A stretch of 64,000 bases of DNA. Source: an uncultured Acidobacteriota bacterium. GTDB lineage: Bacteria > Acidobacteriota > Thermoanaerobaculia > UBA5066 > Gp7-AA6. Of this stretch, positions 1 through 10,864 are shown piece after piece. A program made the translations under genes and the position numbers. Each line of letters opens with the position of its first letter. The stretch's first letter is position 1. Where the stretch lies: contig CAVXTP010000009.1 in the NCBI GenBank assembly GCA_963764715.1, forward strand, positions 131,199 through 195,198, written 5' to 3'. The notes under the pieces are model-generated. The model did no database searches. It was given only the letters and a program-made list of their open reading frames with translations, and had not been told where the DNA came from.

Positions 1-528
1 CCGCTTCTCCTTCGGCCCGGCTGCGGCGCCGATCGGGTGCAGGCGGCCGCCCGAGCGCGCGGCCAGCCGCCGGACGGCCCAGGTCCACCAGGGCGACAGC
101 GGCCAGTACGTCTCCCGCCAGCAGTCGAGGTCGACCCGCCGGATCGTCGTCGTCCGCGTGCGCTCGAAGGCCGTCGTGCGCACGGTGACCGCCTCGGCGT
201 CGACCTCGATCGACTCCTCGGCGAACGCGAGCGCCGCGAGGCCCAGGAGCGAGAGCGGCGCGGCGACGAGGAGGATCAGGGACAGGACGACGAGGAGGGG
301 CAGGGGGAGGTCCCCGAAGTCGAGCTTGCGGAGGCCGGACTCCCAGGCCTGCCCGAGGCGGTAGCAGCCGAGCAGGGCGGCCGCGCCCACGGCCGCCGCG
401 ACGAGCGCCATCCGGACCCGCCAGGCCCGGGCCCGTGCGAGGGGCTGGATGACGATCGAGACTCCGGCGGCGCGGGGAACGATCGATACGCGCGGACCGG
501 GCTCGGAGGCGTCTCGCCTGGACAACAT
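1..528 (-). CDS. Hypothetical membrane protein (two TM segments), truncated by the window edge
   Basis: Open minus-strand frame read by hand (MLSRRDASEPGPRVSIVPR...PLLVVLSLILLVAAPLSLLGLAALAFAEE...). It is not in the ORF track because it runs off the end. TACAAT lies 5 nt upstream of the ATG. Confidence 0.7.
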   Translation of the reverse strand, partial: MLSRRDASEPGPRVSIVPRAAGVSIVIQPLARARAWRVRMALVAAAVGAAALLGCYRLGQAWESGLRKLDFGDLPLPLLVVLSLILLVAAPLSLLGLAALAFAEESIEVDAEAVTVRTTAFERTRTTTIRRVDLDCWRETYWPLSPWWTWAVRRLAARSGGRLHPIGAAAGPKEKR

Positions 529-577
529 TCCGGATTGTATGATTCCGCCTCCGGCGGAGCCGGCACAGGAGGCAGGA

Positions 578-991
578 GTGGCGAAGAAGAAAAAGGCAGC
601 AAAGAGCGCGAAGAAAGGCAAAAAGGCCCCGAAGAAGGTGGTCCGCAAGCGCGCGGCGTCGGCGAAGAAGTCGAAGAAACCCGCGAAGAAGGTCGCCCGC
701 AAGGCGGCCCCCCGGAAGGCCGCGCCCGTGAAGAAGGCCGCGGCGAAGAAGGCCGCCCCGGCCCCGCCGAAGAAAGCCGCCCCGCCCCGCCCCGTCCCGG
801 CGCGCAGCGTGGCCGCGGCCGCCGCGGCCCCGGGAGCGGCTGCCGCCGGCGAGATCTACGGCGAGGAAGGCTGGCGGGAAGAGGAGCTGGCGGCGGTCGA
901 GCTGGACGCCGATTCCCCGGAGCTCGAGGAGCTCGAGGCCGAGCTCGACGGCCCCGAAGTCGGCGAATCGGACGACGACGCGGAGTGGTGA
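578..991 (+). CDS. Histone H1-like Lys/Ala/Pro-rich protein with an acidic C-terminal tail
   Basis: GTG at 578 preceded by AGGAGG. KKAA/PKK repeats are followed by EEELAAVELDADSPELEELEAELDGPEVGESDDDAEW. Confidence 0.75.
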   Translation: MAKKKKAAKSAKKGKKAPKKVVRKRAASAKKSKKPAKKVARKAAPRKAAPVKKAAAKKAAPAPPKKAAPPRPVPARSVAAAAAAPGAAAAGEIYGEEGWREEELAAVELDADSPELEELEAELDGPEVGESDDDAEW

Positions 992-1050
992 TTCTGGAGT
1001 AGTATCGGATCAGCCAGTCGCCATTGCCGGGCTTTTGCTCGGCTGTCACG

Positions 1051-1087
1051 AAAAGAAGGCCCCGAAGACTCGGGGCCTTCGCATTTT
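1051..1087. terminator. Intrinsic terminator between convergent genes, possibly bidirectional
   Basis: 11-bp stem GAAGGCCCCGA/TCGGGGCCTTC, flanked by AAAA on the left and TTTT on the right. Confidence 0.7.
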
Positions 1088-1096
1088 CCCCCGGCG

Positions 1097-1492
1097 CTAT
1101 CGCCCGATCGGCACCGGCCGGCGGTTCTTGTCGAGGTTGACGTAGGTGACCTCGGCTTCCGTCACCTTCACGCGGTTTCCGAGGCCTTCGCCGGGTTGCG
1201 AGAACACCTCGACGGAGATCGTGATCGACGTGCGGCCGATCTTCACGAGCCGCGTGTAGAACGACACGAGGTCGCCGACGTAGACCGGCTCGTGGAAGAC
1301 GACTTCGCGCATCGCGACCGTGACGAGAAACTCGGCGCCCTGCCGCTTGGCCTCGACGGCGCCGGCCTGGTCGATGTAGGAGAGGATCACGCCGCCGAAG
1401 ATCGTGCCGTGGGCGTTGGTGTCCTTCGGCATCATGATCACCCGGATCGAGGGCTCGCGGCTCTCGGCCGGGGGCGGCCCGGACGCGCTCAT
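1097..1492 (-). CDS. Acyl-CoA thioesterase (hotdog fold, YciA-like)
   Basis: Motif MMPKDTNAHGTIFGGVILSYIDQAG. The ATG overlaps the upstream stop codon. Confidence 0.9.
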   Translation of the reverse strand: MSASGPPPAESREPSIRVIMMPKDTNAHGTIFGGVILSYIDQAGAVEAKRQGAEFLVTVAMREVVFHEPVYVGDLVSFYTRLVKIGRTSITISVEVFSQPGEGLGNRVKVTEAEVTYVNLDKNRRPVPIGR

Positions 1493-1881
1493 TCGGGGCG
1501 GGCCGAGGTCGGGATCTTCGGCGGAACGAAGATCGCCGAGACCCGCTGGACGAGCCCGTCGGTCACGTTGACCGTCAGCGTGCCGTCCTCGAAGTAATAG
1601 GTCCAGATCTCGCGGCGCGAGTCCTTGCCCTCGGTCGCGACCGAGATCGACGGCTTGCCGATGCGCTCGACGAGCGCCGACGTGGTCATCCCCGGGTCGA
1701 CCCTGGGCCGTGCCTCCACGAGCTTCCCCGGGACCATTTTGGCCGCGATGCCGGCGATCGCCTCGGCCTGCCGGTACTCCCGGTTTTCCCACCAGCGGGG
1801 CAGCCAGAGGGCGGCGGCGGCGAGGATCGGGATGAAGGCGGCCGCGACGAGGAGGGCGCGCCGGGGGGTCTTTTCGGCCAT
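1489..1881 (-). CDS. Membrane-anchored hypothetical protein with a SmpA/BamE-like small domain
   Basis: N-terminal TM helix; pattern GMT...ERIGKP...EIWTYY. TATCAT lies 6 nt before the ATG. Confidence 0.65.
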   Translation of the reverse strand: MAEKTPRRALLVAAAFIPILAAAALWLPRWWENREYRQAEAIAGIAAKMVPGKLVEARPRVDPGMTTSALVERIGKPSISVATEGKDSRREIWTYYFEDGTLTVNVTDGLVQRVSAIFVPPKIPTSARPE

Positions 1882-1931
1882 GCAGGGATGATACGGCACG
1901 CCGGCCCCGCTCCTGTAGAATCCCGATCCGC

Positions 1932-2855
1932 ATGAAACACAAAGTGACCGTCGTCGGGGCGGGTAACGTCGGGGCCACCGCCGCCCAGCGCATCGTCGAG
2001 AAGTCCCTGGCCGACGTGGCCCTGATCGACATCATCGAGGGCGTGCCGCAGGGCAAGGCGCTCGACATGATGGAGTCGGCGCCGGTCGAGAAGTTCGACG
2101 CCCGCATGACCGGCTCGAACGCGTACGACGTCACGGCGGGGTCCGACGTCATCGTGATCACGGCCGGCCTGCCGCGCAAGCCCGGCATGAGCCGGGACGA
2201 CCTCGTCGCGACCAACGAGGGCATCGTCTCCGACGTCGTGCGCAAGGTGCTGCCCGGATCTCCCGACGCGATCCTGATCGTCGTCTCCAACCCGCTCGAC
2301 GCCATGTGCGAGGTCGCGCGGCGCGTCTCGAAGTTCCCCCGCGAGCGGGTCTTCGGGATGGCCGGCGTCCTCGACTCGGCGCGGATGCGCTGGTTCATCG
2401 CCGAGGCCCTCAACGTCTCGGTCGAAAACACGCACGCCTTCGTCCTCGGGGGCCACGGCGACACGATGGTCCCGCTGCCGCGGTTCTCGACCGTCGCCGG
2501 GATCCCGCTGCCCCAGCTGCTGTCCAAGGAGAAGATCGACGCGATCGTCAAGCGCACGCGCGACGGCGGGGCCGAGATCGTCAACCTCCTGAAGACCTCG
2601 GCGTGGTTCGCGCCGTCCTCGGCGGTCGTGGAGATGGTCGACGCCGTGCTGAACGACCGGAAGAAGATCCTGCCCTGCGCCGCTTACCTGCAGGGCGAGT
2701 ACGGGATGCACGACGTCTACCTCGGCGTTCCGGTCAAGCTCGGCCGCGCCGGGGTGGAGCAGATCGTCGAGATCGCCCTGACGCCCGAGGAAACGGTGGC
2801 GCTCGAGAAATCGGCCGCGGCCGTGCGCGAGCTCTTCGGCATCCTCAAGGTCTAG
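1932..2855 (+). CDS. mdh: Malate dehydrogenase (LDH-like)
   Basis: Motifs [34 protein letters not shown]. Confidence 0.95.
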   Translation: MKHKVTVVGAGNVGATAAQRIVEKSLADVALIDIIEGVPQGKALDMMESAPVEKFDARMTGSNAYDVTAGSDVIVITAGLPRKPGMSRDDLVATNEGIVSDVVRKVLPGSPDAILIVVSNPLDAMCEVARRVSKFPRERVFGMAGVLDSARMRWFIAEALNVSVENTHAFVLGGHGDTMVPLPRFSTVAGIPLPQLLSKEKIDAIVKRTRDGGAEIVNLLKTSAWFAPSSAVVEMVDAVLNDRKKILPCAAYLQGEYGMHDVYLGVPVKLGRAGVEQIVEIALTPEETVALEKSAAAVRELFGILKV

Positions 2856-2861
2856 CCGCGC

Positions 2862-3479
2862 ATGGCGGAGGCGCCCCGGACCCTCGCCGGCCGCCTCCAT
2901 TCGATCTCCGGCGTCGTGCCCGTCGGCGTGTTCCTCGCCTTTCACCTGTATTCGAACGCCCAGGCGCGGCGGGGCGCCGACGCCTACAACGCAATGGCGC
3001 GGAAGATCCAGGGCACGCCCGGATTGCTCGCCGTCGAGCTCCTCCTGGTGGCGGCGCCGCTGCTGTTCCACGGCATCTACGGCCTCTTCCGGATCGCCGA
3101 GGAGCCGCCCGCCGCCCCGGGGGCCGCGCGCCCCCGCCGCGCGCTGGCGATCGCCCAGCGAACGACGGGCGTCGTCCTCTTCCTCTTCGTGTTCGTCCAC
3201 CTCTGGACGGCGCGCCTCGTCCAGGTCCGCGACCACGCCGGTCTCGACCTCTTCCGACTCATGCAGGCGGTCCTCGCGAGCCCGTGGCTCTACGCCGCGT
3301 ACGCCGCCGGCGTTCTCGCCGCGACGTTCCACCTGTCGGCCGGGCTCTGGACCTTCGCCGAAGGCTGGGGAATCGCGACGACCCCGCGGGCCCGGCGGAT
3401 CGCCGCGGCGCTCGCCGCGGGGGCGTTCGGCGCGCTCTCGGCGCTCGGCCTGGCGTCCCTGAACGCATTCCGCGTCTAG
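2862..3479 (+). CDS. sdhC: Succinate dehydrogenase cytochrome b558 subunit (5-TM diheme type)
   Basis: Conserved His positions in [35 protein letters not shown] and [10 protein letters not shown]. Confidence 0.75.
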   Translation: MAEAPRTLAGRLHSISGVVPVGVFLAFHLYSNAQARRGADAYNAMARKIQGTPGLLAVELLLVAAPLLFHGIYGLFRIAEEPPAAPGAARPRRALAIAQRTTGVVLFLFVFVHLWTARLVQVRDHAGLDLFRLMQAVLASPWLYAAYAAGVLAATFHLSAGLWTFAEGWGIATTPRARRIAAALAAGAFGALSALGLASLNAFRV

Positions 3480-3512
3480 GACCCGATTCCCATATAATCC
3501 GCGCCCTTCGCC

Positions 3513-4670
3513 ATGAAGGTCCACGAGTACCAGGCCAAGTCGATCCTCGCGCGCTTCGGCGTCGCCGTGCCGCGCGGCGAGGTCACCGACAGTCCGGCCG
3601 AGGCCCGCGAGATCGCGCGCCGCCTCGGAGGCCGCGCCGTCGTCAAGGCCCAGATCCACGCCGGCGGCCGCGGCAAGGGCGGCGGCGTCAAGCTGGCGAA
3701 GGACCCGCAGGAAGCCCACGATCTGGCCAAGCGGATCCTCGGCATGACCCTGGTCACGCCGCAGACCGGGCCGCATGGGCGCGTCGTGCAGAAAGTCCTG
3801 ATCGAGGAGGCGCTCGACATCGACCGCGAGCTGTACGTGAGCGTGACCCTCGACCGCTCGCGGCGCATGCCGGTCCTCATGGCGTCGAAGGCCGGGGGCA
3901 TGGACATCGAGGAGGTCGCCGCCAAGGACCCGGCGGCGATCGTCCGGGAGGCCGTCGACGCCTCGCTCGGGATGTTCCCGTTCCAGGCGCGCAAGCTCGG
4001 GTTCGCCCTCGGCCTTTCGGGCGACAGCTTCAAGAAGGGCGTCGGCCTTCTCCAGTCGCTCTTCCGGGCGTACGTCGAGACCGACGCGAGCCTGGCCGAG
4101 ATCAACCCGCTCCTCGTGACGAAGCAGGGCGACGTTCTCGCCCTCGACGCCAAGATGGCGTTCGACGACAACGCGCTCTTCCGCCACCCCGACATCAAGG
4201 AGATGCGCGACCTGGCCGAGGAGGACCCCCTCGAGGTCGAGGCCTCGCGCTACGGCCTCAACTACATCAAGCTCGACGGCAACGTCGGCTGCATGGTCAA
4301 CGGCGCGGGCCTCGCGATGGCCACGATGGACCTCGTGAAGCTCGCCGGCGGCTCGCCCGCCAACTTCCTCGACGTCGGCGGCGGGGCCAACGAGGAGCAG
4401 GTCAAGAACGCGTTCCGCATCATCCTGTCGGACCACAACGTGAAGGCGGTCCTGATCAACATCTTCGGCGGCATCATGCGCTGCGACATCATCGCCAAGG
4501 GCGTCGTCGCGGCCGTGCGCGAGATGGGCCTTTCGATCCCGGTCGTCGTCCGCCTCGAGGGGACCAACGTCGACGAGGGCAAGGCGATCCTGCGGGAGTC
4601 GGGCCTGAAGATCACTCCGGCCGACGGGCTGTCCGACGGGGCCCGCAAGGCCGTCGAGGCGGCGCGATGA
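3513..4670 (+). CDS. sucC: Succinyl-CoA synthetase beta subunit
   Basis: Motifs [44 protein letters not shown]. Confidence 0.97.
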   Translation: MKVHEYQAKSILARFGVAVPRGEVTDSPAEAREIARRLGGRAVVKAQIHAGGRGKGGGVKLAKDPQEAHDLAKRILGMTLVTPQTGPHGRVVQKVLIEEALDIDRELYVSVTLDRSRRMPVLMASKAGGMDIEEVAAKDPAAIVREAVDASLGMFPFQARKLGFALGLSGDSFKKGVGLLQSLFRAYVETDASLAEINPLLVTKQGDVLALDAKMAFDDNALFRHPDIKEMRDLAEEDPLEVEASRYGLNYIKLDGNVGCMVNGAGLAMATMDLVKLAGGSPANFLDVGGGANEEQVKNAFRIILSDHNVKAVLINIFGGIMRCDIIAKGVVAAVREMGLSIPVVVRLEGTNVDEGKAILRESGLKITPADGLSDGARKAVEAAR

Positions 4671-5554
4671 GCATCTGGGTCGGCAAGGCGACGCGCCTGC
4701 TCGTCCAGGGTCTCACCGGGCGGGAGGGGACCTTTCACGCCCTCGCCTGCCGCGACTACGGCACGCAGGTCGTGGCCGGCGTCACGCCGGGCAAGGGCGG
4801 GTCGACCCACGAGGGCTTCCCGGTGTTCGACACGGTCGAGGACGCCGTGCGCGCGACCGGCGCCAACGCCTCGATGATCTTCGTGCCGCCGCCCTTCGCC
4901 GCCGACGCGATCGTCGAGGCCGCCGATGCGGGCGTCGGCGTGATCGCCTGCATCACCGAGGGCATCCCCGTCGACGACATGCTCCGCGCGCGGGCCTACC
5001 TCGACCGCCGGGCCGCGGCCGGGGCGGCGACGCGGCTGATCGGCCCGAACTGCCCCGGCATCATCACGCCGGGGGAGTGCAAGATCGGGATCATGCCCGG
5101 GCACATCCACCGGCCCGGGCCGGTCGGGGTCATCTCGCGGTCCGGCACGCTGACCTACGAGGCCGTCGACCAGCTCACGCGCCTCGGCCTCGGACAGTCG
5201 ACCGTGATCGGCATCGGCGGCGATCCCATCAACGGAACGAACTTCATCGACTGCCTCGCGGCGTTCCGGGACGACCCGGCGACCGAGGCGATCGTCCTCA
5301 TCGGCGAGATCGGCGGGATGGCGGAGGAAGAGGCCGCCTGCTGGGTCGCCGGCAACCTCAAGAAGCCGGTCGTCTCGTTCATCGCGGGCCAGACGGCGCC
5401 GCCGGGCCGCCGCATGGGCCACGCGGGCGCGATCATCGCCGGCGGCCAGGGCACCGCGGCCGAGAAGATCAAGGCCCTGAAGGGCGCCGGGATCGCCGTC
5501 GTGCAGTCGCCGGCGGACATCGGCGCGCGCGTGAAGGAGTCGCTGGCGCGATGA
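4667..5554 (+). CDS. sucD: Succinyl-CoA synthetase alpha subunit
   Basis: ATGA overlap with sucC. Motifs [23 protein letters not shown]. Confidence 0.97.
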   Translation: MSIWVGKATRLLVQGLTGREGTFHALACRDYGTQVVAGVTPGKGGSTHEGFPVFDTVEDAVRATGANASMIFVPPPFAADAIVEAADAGVGVIACITEGIPVDDMLRARAYLDRRAAAGAATRLIGPNCPGIITPGECKIGIMPGHIHRPGPVGVISRSGTLTYEAVDQLTRLGLGQSTVIGIGGDPINGTNFIDCLAAFRDDPATEAIVLIGEIGGMAEEEAACWVAGNLKKPVVSFIAGQTAPPGRRMGHAGAIIAGGQGTAAEKIKALKGAGIAVVQSPADIGARVKESLAR

Positions 5555-5973
5555 GCGGCCCGGCCTTCTTCGAGGAGACGCAGAGCTTCTCGCCCTGGTT
5601 CTACGCCGTGGGCGCGCTGGTCCTCGCCATCCTCCTCGCCGCCGCGACGGCGCGACAGACGACGCGGGTGACGCCCCAGGCCGTCGAGGTGAGCTTCGGC
5701 GTCCTGTACCGGACGTCGATCCCGATCGCGGACCTGGCGCAGGCGGAGGCCGTGGCCTACCGGCCGATCCGCGAGTACGGCGGGTGGGGCATCCGCGGGT
5801 TCGGCCGCCGCCGCGCGCTCAACATGCGCGGCGACCGCGGCGTGCTGCTCCACAAGAAGGACGGCTCCACGATCCTCATCGGCTCGCAGAAGCCGCGCGA
5901 GCTGCTGGCGGCGCTGGGCCAGGCCGGCGTCGCCGTCCAGGATCGCCTTCCCCCGGTGGTTCAGGAGTTCTGA
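5551..5973 (+). CDS. Hypothetical membrane protein (bacterial PH-like domain)
   Basis: ATGA overlap with sucD; one TM helix and a YGGWGIR motif. Confidence 0.7.
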   Translation: MSGPAFFEETQSFSPWFYAVGALVLAILLAAATARQTTRVTPQAVEVSFGVLYRTSIPIADLAQAEAVAYRPIREYGGWGIRGFGRRRALNMRGDRGVLLHKKDGSTILIGSQKPRELLAALGQAGVAVQDRLPPVVQEF

Positions 5974-6043
5974 CCGGAGTCCCGACGGCCGCGCCGTCGC
6001 GGGGCCCGGACCATTCGAAACCGACGACGAAGGAGAGACCCCC

Positions 6044-6457
6044 GTGGAACGCACGCTCACGATCCTCAAGCCCGACTCGGTCGCGGCCGGCAAGGCCGGC
6101 GCGATCCTCGCCCACCTCGAGAAGGAGGGCTTCCGCTTCCTCGCGCTGCGGCGGACGCGCCTGTCGCCCGAGCAGGCGCGGGCCTTCTACGCCGTCCATC
6201 GGGAGCGGCCGTTCTACGACGCCCTCGTGCGGTTCATGACCGAGGGGCCCGTGGTCGTCGCGGCGCTCGAGCGCGCGGACGCCGTCGCGCACCTGCGCCG
6301 GACGATGGGGGCGACGGACTCGCGCAAGGCGGACGCCGGCACGATCCGGAACCTGTTCGGCACCGACATCGAGCGCAACGCGATCCACGGCAGCGACTCG
6401 GCCGAGAACGCGGCGAACGAGATCGCGTTCTTCTTCGCCGGCGCCGACCTCCTCTAG
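6044..6457 (+). CDS. ndk: Nucleoside-diphosphate kinase
   Basis: Motifs [10 protein letters not shown] and NAIHGSDS; SD AAGGAG. Confidence 0.97.
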   Translation: MERTLTILKPDSVAAGKAGAILAHLEKEGFRFLALRRTRLSPEQARAFYAVHRERPFYDALVRFMTEGPVVVAALERADAVAHLRRTMGATDSRKADAGTIRNLFGTDIERNAIHGSDSAENAANEIAFFFAGADLL

Positions 6458-7566
6458 CCTCCCGAAGCGTTCAGGGCCTCGAGGACGGCCGCGAGGTCGC
6501 TCTCGTCGTTGTAGGCGTGGAAGCCGAGGCGCAGCGAGCCTCCCCGCACGGCGGCGATGATCCGGCGCTCCTCGAGGCGCGTCCGGAGGCCTTCCGGATC
6601 GGGGACGAAGATGGCGGCGGTCTGGGAGGGGACCTCGGCGGGCGCGAGGCGGAACCCGCGCTCCGACGCGGCCTCGCGAAACGACCGGGCGAGCGACAGG
6701 CAACGGGCCTCGATCGCCTCGGCGTCGAACGCGGCGAGCAGCTCGAGCGCGGCGCGGGCGCCGACCCACGGGAACCACGCGAGCGACGCGTCGAGCCGCC
6801 GCGTTCCGGCCGCCGGCGCGAGCGGGCCGCCGTAGAAGTCGGCGAACGGGGCGTCGACGCTCTTCCACCCGGGCGACAGGGGCCGCAGCCCGGCAAGCCG
6901 TTCCGGCCTCACCCAGAGCCAGGTCGTGCCGCGCGGCGCGAGCAGCCACTTGTAGCCGTGGGCCGCGACGTAGTCGGCGCGACAGCCGGCGGCGTCGAAG
7001 CGCAGGGCGCCCAGCGACTGCGTCAGGTTCACGAAGAATCGCGCTCCGACCTCGCGGCAGCGGGCGCCGATCTCCGGCAGCCGGACCCGAAAGCCGCTCG
7101 CGGACTGGACCTCGGTGACGGCCACGAGGGCGGTGCCCGGCGTGATCGCGGCGCAGACGCGCTCGGTCGACACCACGCCGTCCGCGGCCGGCACCTCGAC
7201 GACCTCGAATCCGCGCCCGGCGAGCGCCAGCCACGGGAAGAGGTTGCTCCGGAACTCGCGCTCGCCCACGACGATTCGCCCGCGCGGGAGGCCGGCCGCC
7301 ACGGTCGAGGCGGCTTCGGAGACCGACGCGAGGAGCGCGACCTCCTCGGGGCGTCCCCCGACGAGCCGGGCGAAGAGAGGCCGCGTTTCTTCGGCCCGCC
7401 GCTCCCACGCGATCCAGTCGAAGCGGCCGGAGGCCCACGCGTCCTCGGCTTCGCGGACGGCTTCGAGGACCGGCCCGGCCGCGGGCGCCGCCGTCGGCGT
7501 GTTCAGATAGATCACGCGCTCGAGCGCCGGAAAGAGCGAACGGAGGCTGGAGACGGGAGTCGTCAC
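6454..7566 (-). CDS. Aminotransferase class V / cysteine desulfurase-like PLP enzyme
   Basis: IYLN near the N-terminus, PLP-Lys motif [12 protein letters not shown]-terminal LRLGFHAYN. Confidence 0.85.
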   Translation of the reverse strand: MTTPVSSLRSLFPALERVIYLNTPTAAPAAGPVLEAVREAEDAWASGRFDWIAWERRAEETRPLFARLVGGRPEEVALLASVSEAASTVAAGLPRGRIVVGEREFRSNLFPWLALAGRGFEVVEVPAADGVVSTERVCAAITPGTALVAVTEVQSASGFRVRLPEIGARCREVGARFFVNLTQSLGALRFDAAGCRADYVAAHGYKWLLAPRGTTWLWVRPERLAGLRPLSPGWKSVDAPFADFYGGPLAPAAGTRRLDASLAWFPWVGARAALELLAAFDAEAIEARCLSLARSFREAASERGFRLAPAEVPSQTAAIFVPDPEGLRTRLEERRIIAAVRGGSLRLGFHAYNDESDLAAVLEALNASGG

Positions 7567-7567
7567 G

Positions 7568-8293
7568 TCAGGCTCCGCGCCGCCGCAGCGAAACGAGCAC
7601 CCGGTTGGCGACGCCCCGCAGGATCGCCACCTCCTTGACCGTCAGGGGGCGCGCCGCGACGAGCCGCCGCCAGTCGCGCAGCGAGCGCTCCCGGTGCCCC
7701 GTGTCGTAGAAGTCGATCGCCTCGAGCGCCCGGTCCCAGTGGCCGATCGCGCCCTCGATCTCGGCGGCCGGGGCCAGATCGTCCGCGGCCTCCCGTGCGA
7801 CGGCCGCGGGCGAAAACGCGGTCGTCACGGCGAGGACGACCGCGACGGCGTGGGAGAGGTTCATCGTCGGAAACTCCGGGTCGGTCGGAAGGCGCAGGCA
7901 GGCCGAGGAGCGCGCGAGCTCGTCCTCGGTCAATCCGCTCCGCTCGGGGCCGAAGACGAGCGCGATCGGGCTCCCGGCCGACTCGGAGAGGAACGCGGGA
8001 AGCTCGGCGAGCTCGAGGGTCCGGAGTCTCGCCCGGCCCCGCAGGGAAGAGGTCGTCAGGACGACGGGAAACGGTGCCACCGCGTCCTCCAGGGTCGCGA
8101 AACGCGCGATCGAAGCGAGCAGGTCGTCCGCGCCGGTCGCGAGCCGGCCGGAATCCTCGTCCGGGCGGACCGCCGGCTCGACGACGGACAGGCTCCGCAA
8201 GCCGAAGTTCTTCGCGACCCTCGCGATCGAGCCGAGGTTGGAGGAGTTGTGGGGCCTCACGAGAACCACGGACCGGGTGGGCGGCGTCGTCAA
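7568..8293 (-). CDS. trmJ: SPOUT RNA methyltransferase (TrmJ/LasT family)
   Basis: Motifs VVLVRPHNSSNLGSIARVAKNFG, VFGPERSGL, MNLSHAV. The TTG start 8 nt after TAGACT is inferred. Confidence 0.8.
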   Translation of the reverse strand: MTTPPTRSVVLVRPHNSSNLGSIARVAKNFGLRSLSVVEPAVRPDEDSGRLATGADDLLASIARFATLEDAVAPFPVVLTTSSLRGRARLRTLELAELPAFLSESAGSPIALVFGPERSGLTEDELARSSACLRLPTDPEFPTMNLSHAVAVVLAVTTAFSPAAVAREAADDLAPAAEIEGAIGHWDRALEAIDFYDTGHRERSLRDWRRLVAARPLTVKEVAILRGVANRVLVSLRRRGA

Positions 8294-8356
8294 GGGAGGA
8301 CAGTCTACACAGCCCTCCGGGAAGGATCCGGCCCGCCCCGGCCTTATAATTGGTCG

Positions 8357-9304
8357 GTGAAGCGCTTCCTCGTTCCCGCCCTGCTGCTGGCGGCCGCGGT
8401 CCCGATCGCGGCCCAGGCGCCGGCGCCCACTCCGGAGCCGGACGCGCCCTCCTTTTCCGAGAGCGCGGGGGCCGAGTACGTGATGCTGCCCGTCCTGGTC
8501 ACGGACAAGAACGGGAAGTTCGTGGACGACCTCGGGAAAGACGACTTCGTCGTCCGCGTCGGCGACTCCGCGGTCGCCTTCGACACCTTCGAGCGCGACT
8601 CGAGCGCCCCGGTCTCGTTCGCGTTCCTGGTCGACACCTCCGGGAGCATGGGCATCTCGAACAAGCTCGAGAACGCCAAGAGTGCGATCCGCAGCATCCT
8701 CCGCAACCGGATGCCGGGCGACGATTTCGCCCTCTTCGCATTTTCGGAGGGGAGGGTGCGGCTGGTGACCGACTCCTCCGCAGACCCCGCGCACCTGCTC
8801 CGGGCCCTCTGGGAGCTCGAGGCGTCCGGCCAGACGGCCCTGTTCGACGCGGTGGCGGCGACCCCGGAAATGATGAAGGGTCACAACAACAAGCGGGCGA
8901 TTCTCCTGTTCACCGACGGGGTCGACAACGCCAGCGAGCTGACGGCTCCCCAGATGGCCGAGATCCTTCAGCGGGTGTCGGTACCCGTCTACCCGATCGG
9001 CATGAAGAATGCAGCATTCGACGCCGTGAAGGAGACGCAGCGCCGGGAACTGTCGGTCGAGAACCTGCAGATGCTGGCGGGGTCGAGCGGCGGGAAAATG
9101 CATCTGGTCGGGGGCAGCGAGGACCTCCGGCCCCTGGCGGCGAGCATCTCCGAAGAAGTCCGGCAGCAGTACCTGCTGGGGTTTGCGCCGTCAGGCCAGG
9201 GGGATGTAAAATACCGGATTGTCTTTGTGTCCGTGGCCAAACCCGGTTCCTGGGTCGTCCGGACGCGTCGGGGTTACCGGGGAACCGCCCCCGGCGGATC
9301 GTAA
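8357..9304 (+). CDS. Exported VWA-domain protein (acidobacterial type)
   Basis: Signal peptide; MIDAS motif DTSGSM, then TALFDAV and FTDGVD. GTG lies 6 nt after TATAAT. Confidence 0.85.
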   Translation: MKRFLVPALLLAAAVPIAAQAPAPTPEPDAPSFSESAGAEYVMLPVLVTDKNGKFVDDLGKDDFVVRVGDSAVAFDTFERDSSAPVSFAFLVDTSGSMGISNKLENAKSAIRSILRNRMPGDDFALFAFSEGRVRLVTDSSADPAHLLRALWELEASGQTALFDAVAATPEMMKGHNNKRAILLFTDGVDNASELTAPQMAEILQRVSVPVYPIGMKNAAFDAVKETQRRELSVENLQMLAGSSGGKMHLVGGSEDLRPLAASISEEVRQQYLLGFAPSGQGDVKYRIVFVSVAKPGSWVVRTRRGYRGTAPGGS

Positions 9305-9324
9305 ACGTTTTACAGGAGGTGCAG

Positions 9325-9954
9325 ATGACGAAGACACGGTGGGTTTCGACCATGCTCACGGGGGGAGCGCTTCTTCTGGGGATTTCGGGCCTCACGGCGT
9401 GCGCGTCCAAGACGTACGTCGGCGAGGAAGTCGCCAAAAGCAGCGCCGCGACCGACAAGCGGATCAACGACGTGGAATCCCAGGTCGAGGCGACGCAGAC
9501 CAAGGTCAAGGCGCACGAGGTCAAGCTGACCGAGCTCGACAACGCGACGCGGCAGGCGCTCGAGCGCGCGCAGCAGGCGGGCAAGCTGGCCGAGGGAAAA
9601 TTCGTCTACTCGCTGGTTCTGTCGGATGACGCGGCGAAGTTCCCGGTCAACCAGCACGAGCTGTCCACGGAGGCGCAGGATCAGTTGAACGCCTTCGCCG
9701 AGCGGCTCAAGGGCGAGAACAAGAACGTGTATCTCGAGATCCAGGGCCACACGGACGCGACGGGGTCGGATGCGTACAACCTGAAGCTCGGAGAGGCCCG
9801 GGCCGAGGCGGTGCGCCGCTACCTCAACAAGCAGGGCGTGGCTCTGAACCGGATGTCGACGATTTCCTACGGCAAGAGCGAGCCGGTCGAGTCGAACAAG
9901 ACCAAGGAAGGCCGGGCCAAGAACCGGCGCGTGGTCGTCATCGTCCTCGCCTAG
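9325..9954 (+). CDS. OmpA/Pal-like peptidoglycan-binding lipoprotein
   Basis: SD AGGAGGT; lipobox LTAC; motifs IQGHTD, YNLKLGEARAEAV, NRRV. Confidence 0.9.
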   Translation: MTKTRWVSTMLTGGALLLGISGLTACASKTYVGEEVAKSSAATDKRINDVESQVEATQTKVKAHEVKLTELDNATRQALERAQQAGKLAEGKFVYSLVLSDDAAKFPVNQHELSTEAQDQLNAFAERLKGENKNVYLEIQGHTDATGSDAYNLKLGEARAEAVRRYLNKQGVALNRMSTISYGKSEPVESNKTKEGRAKNRRVVVIVLA

Positions 9955-10864
9955 CTCCTCCCTTCCCCGGAGAACCCCGCGGCCCGGCACTGCCGGGCCG
10001 CTTCTTTTTTTGGGAGCGCAGCGCCGCGAGCACCTCCTCGAAATCCTCCGGCAGGGGGGCCTCGGCGGCGACCAGCCGCCCGGTGACGGGATGCGGGAAG
10101 CCGAGGCGCCGCGCGTGGAGCATCTGCCGGCGCGCCGGGCTGCCGTCGCCTTCGCGCGGCCCGTACACGCGGTCGCCGAGGACCGGATGGCCCGCCGCCG
10201 AGAAGTGTACGCGGACCTGGTGGGTGCGCCCCGTCTCGAGATGCACGGACACGAGGCTCGCGTCCGCCAGCCGCTCGAGCGTCCGGAAGTGCGTGACGGC
10301 CCGCCTCCCGGGCTCGCCGGGCCGCGCGACGCTCCGTCGCAGGCCGTCCGTCCGCACGAGGTCGGCGTCGTAGGCGCCGGCCTCCGGCGTCGATCCGGCG
10401 ACGAGCGCCACGTACTCCCGCTCGATCGAGTGCTCGCGGAACCGCTCCTGGAGAAAGTGCAGGGCCGGCCGATTGCGGGCGAAGACCACCGCGCCCGAGG
10501 TGTCCTTGTCGATCCGGTGAACGATGCCCGCATAAGGCCGCCCGCCGTACCGGTGCTGGAGATAGAAGAGGGCGCGGCTCCAGAGCGTGTCCTTCTCGCG
10601 GGCCTCGGTCGGCACCGTCAGGAGGCCTTCCGGCTTGTCGACGATCAGAACGTCGTCGTCCTCGTGAAGGACCGAGAGGCGCGTGCGTACGCGGCGACGC
10701 GACGGGCGCGAGGCATGCAGCTCGAGGCGCGCCTCCGGGGCGACGTCGGCCCCGGGCTCGTCGAGCGTCGCGCCGTCCACGTCGACCTTTCCCGACCGCA
10801 CGGCCTCGCGCGCCGCCCGGCGCGAAAGCCCGAAGGCGCGTGCGGCGGCGAGGTCGAGTCTCAC
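9938..10864 (-). CDS. RluA/RluD-family pseudouridine synthase with S4 domain
   Basis: Motifs VHRIDKDTSG, LETGRTHQVRVH, GDRVYG. GTGA overlap with the upstream gene. Confidence 0.9.
   Translation of the reverse strand: MRLDLAAARAFGLSRRAAREAVRSGKVDVDGATLDEPGADVAPEARLELHASRPSRRRVRTRLSVLHEDDDVLIVDKPEGLLTVPTEAREKDTLWSRALFYLQHRYGGRPYAGIVHRIDKDTSGAVVFARNRPALHFLQERFREHSIEREYVALVAGSTPEAGAYDADLVRTDGLRRSVARPGEPGRRAVTHFRTLERLADASLVSVHLETGRTHQVRVHFSAAGHPVLGDRVYGPREGDGSPARRQMLHARRLGFPHPVTGRLVAAEAPLPEDFEEVLAALRSQKKKRPGSAGPRGSPGKGGARRGR
9979..10011 (+). terminator. Intrinsic terminator of the OmpA gene, lying inside the 3' end of the convergent rluA-family gene
   Basis: Stem GCGGCCCGGCA/TGCCGGGCCGC followed by TTCTTTTTTT. 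Confidence 0.8.

Noticed and set aside
1686-4436. Very long alternative-frame and antisense ORFs (also 23886-26009, 27184-28968, 52052-54958 and others)
   Set aside because: Shadow ORFs expected in very GC-rich DNA. They are Arg/Pro/Gly-rich and overlap well-supported genes.
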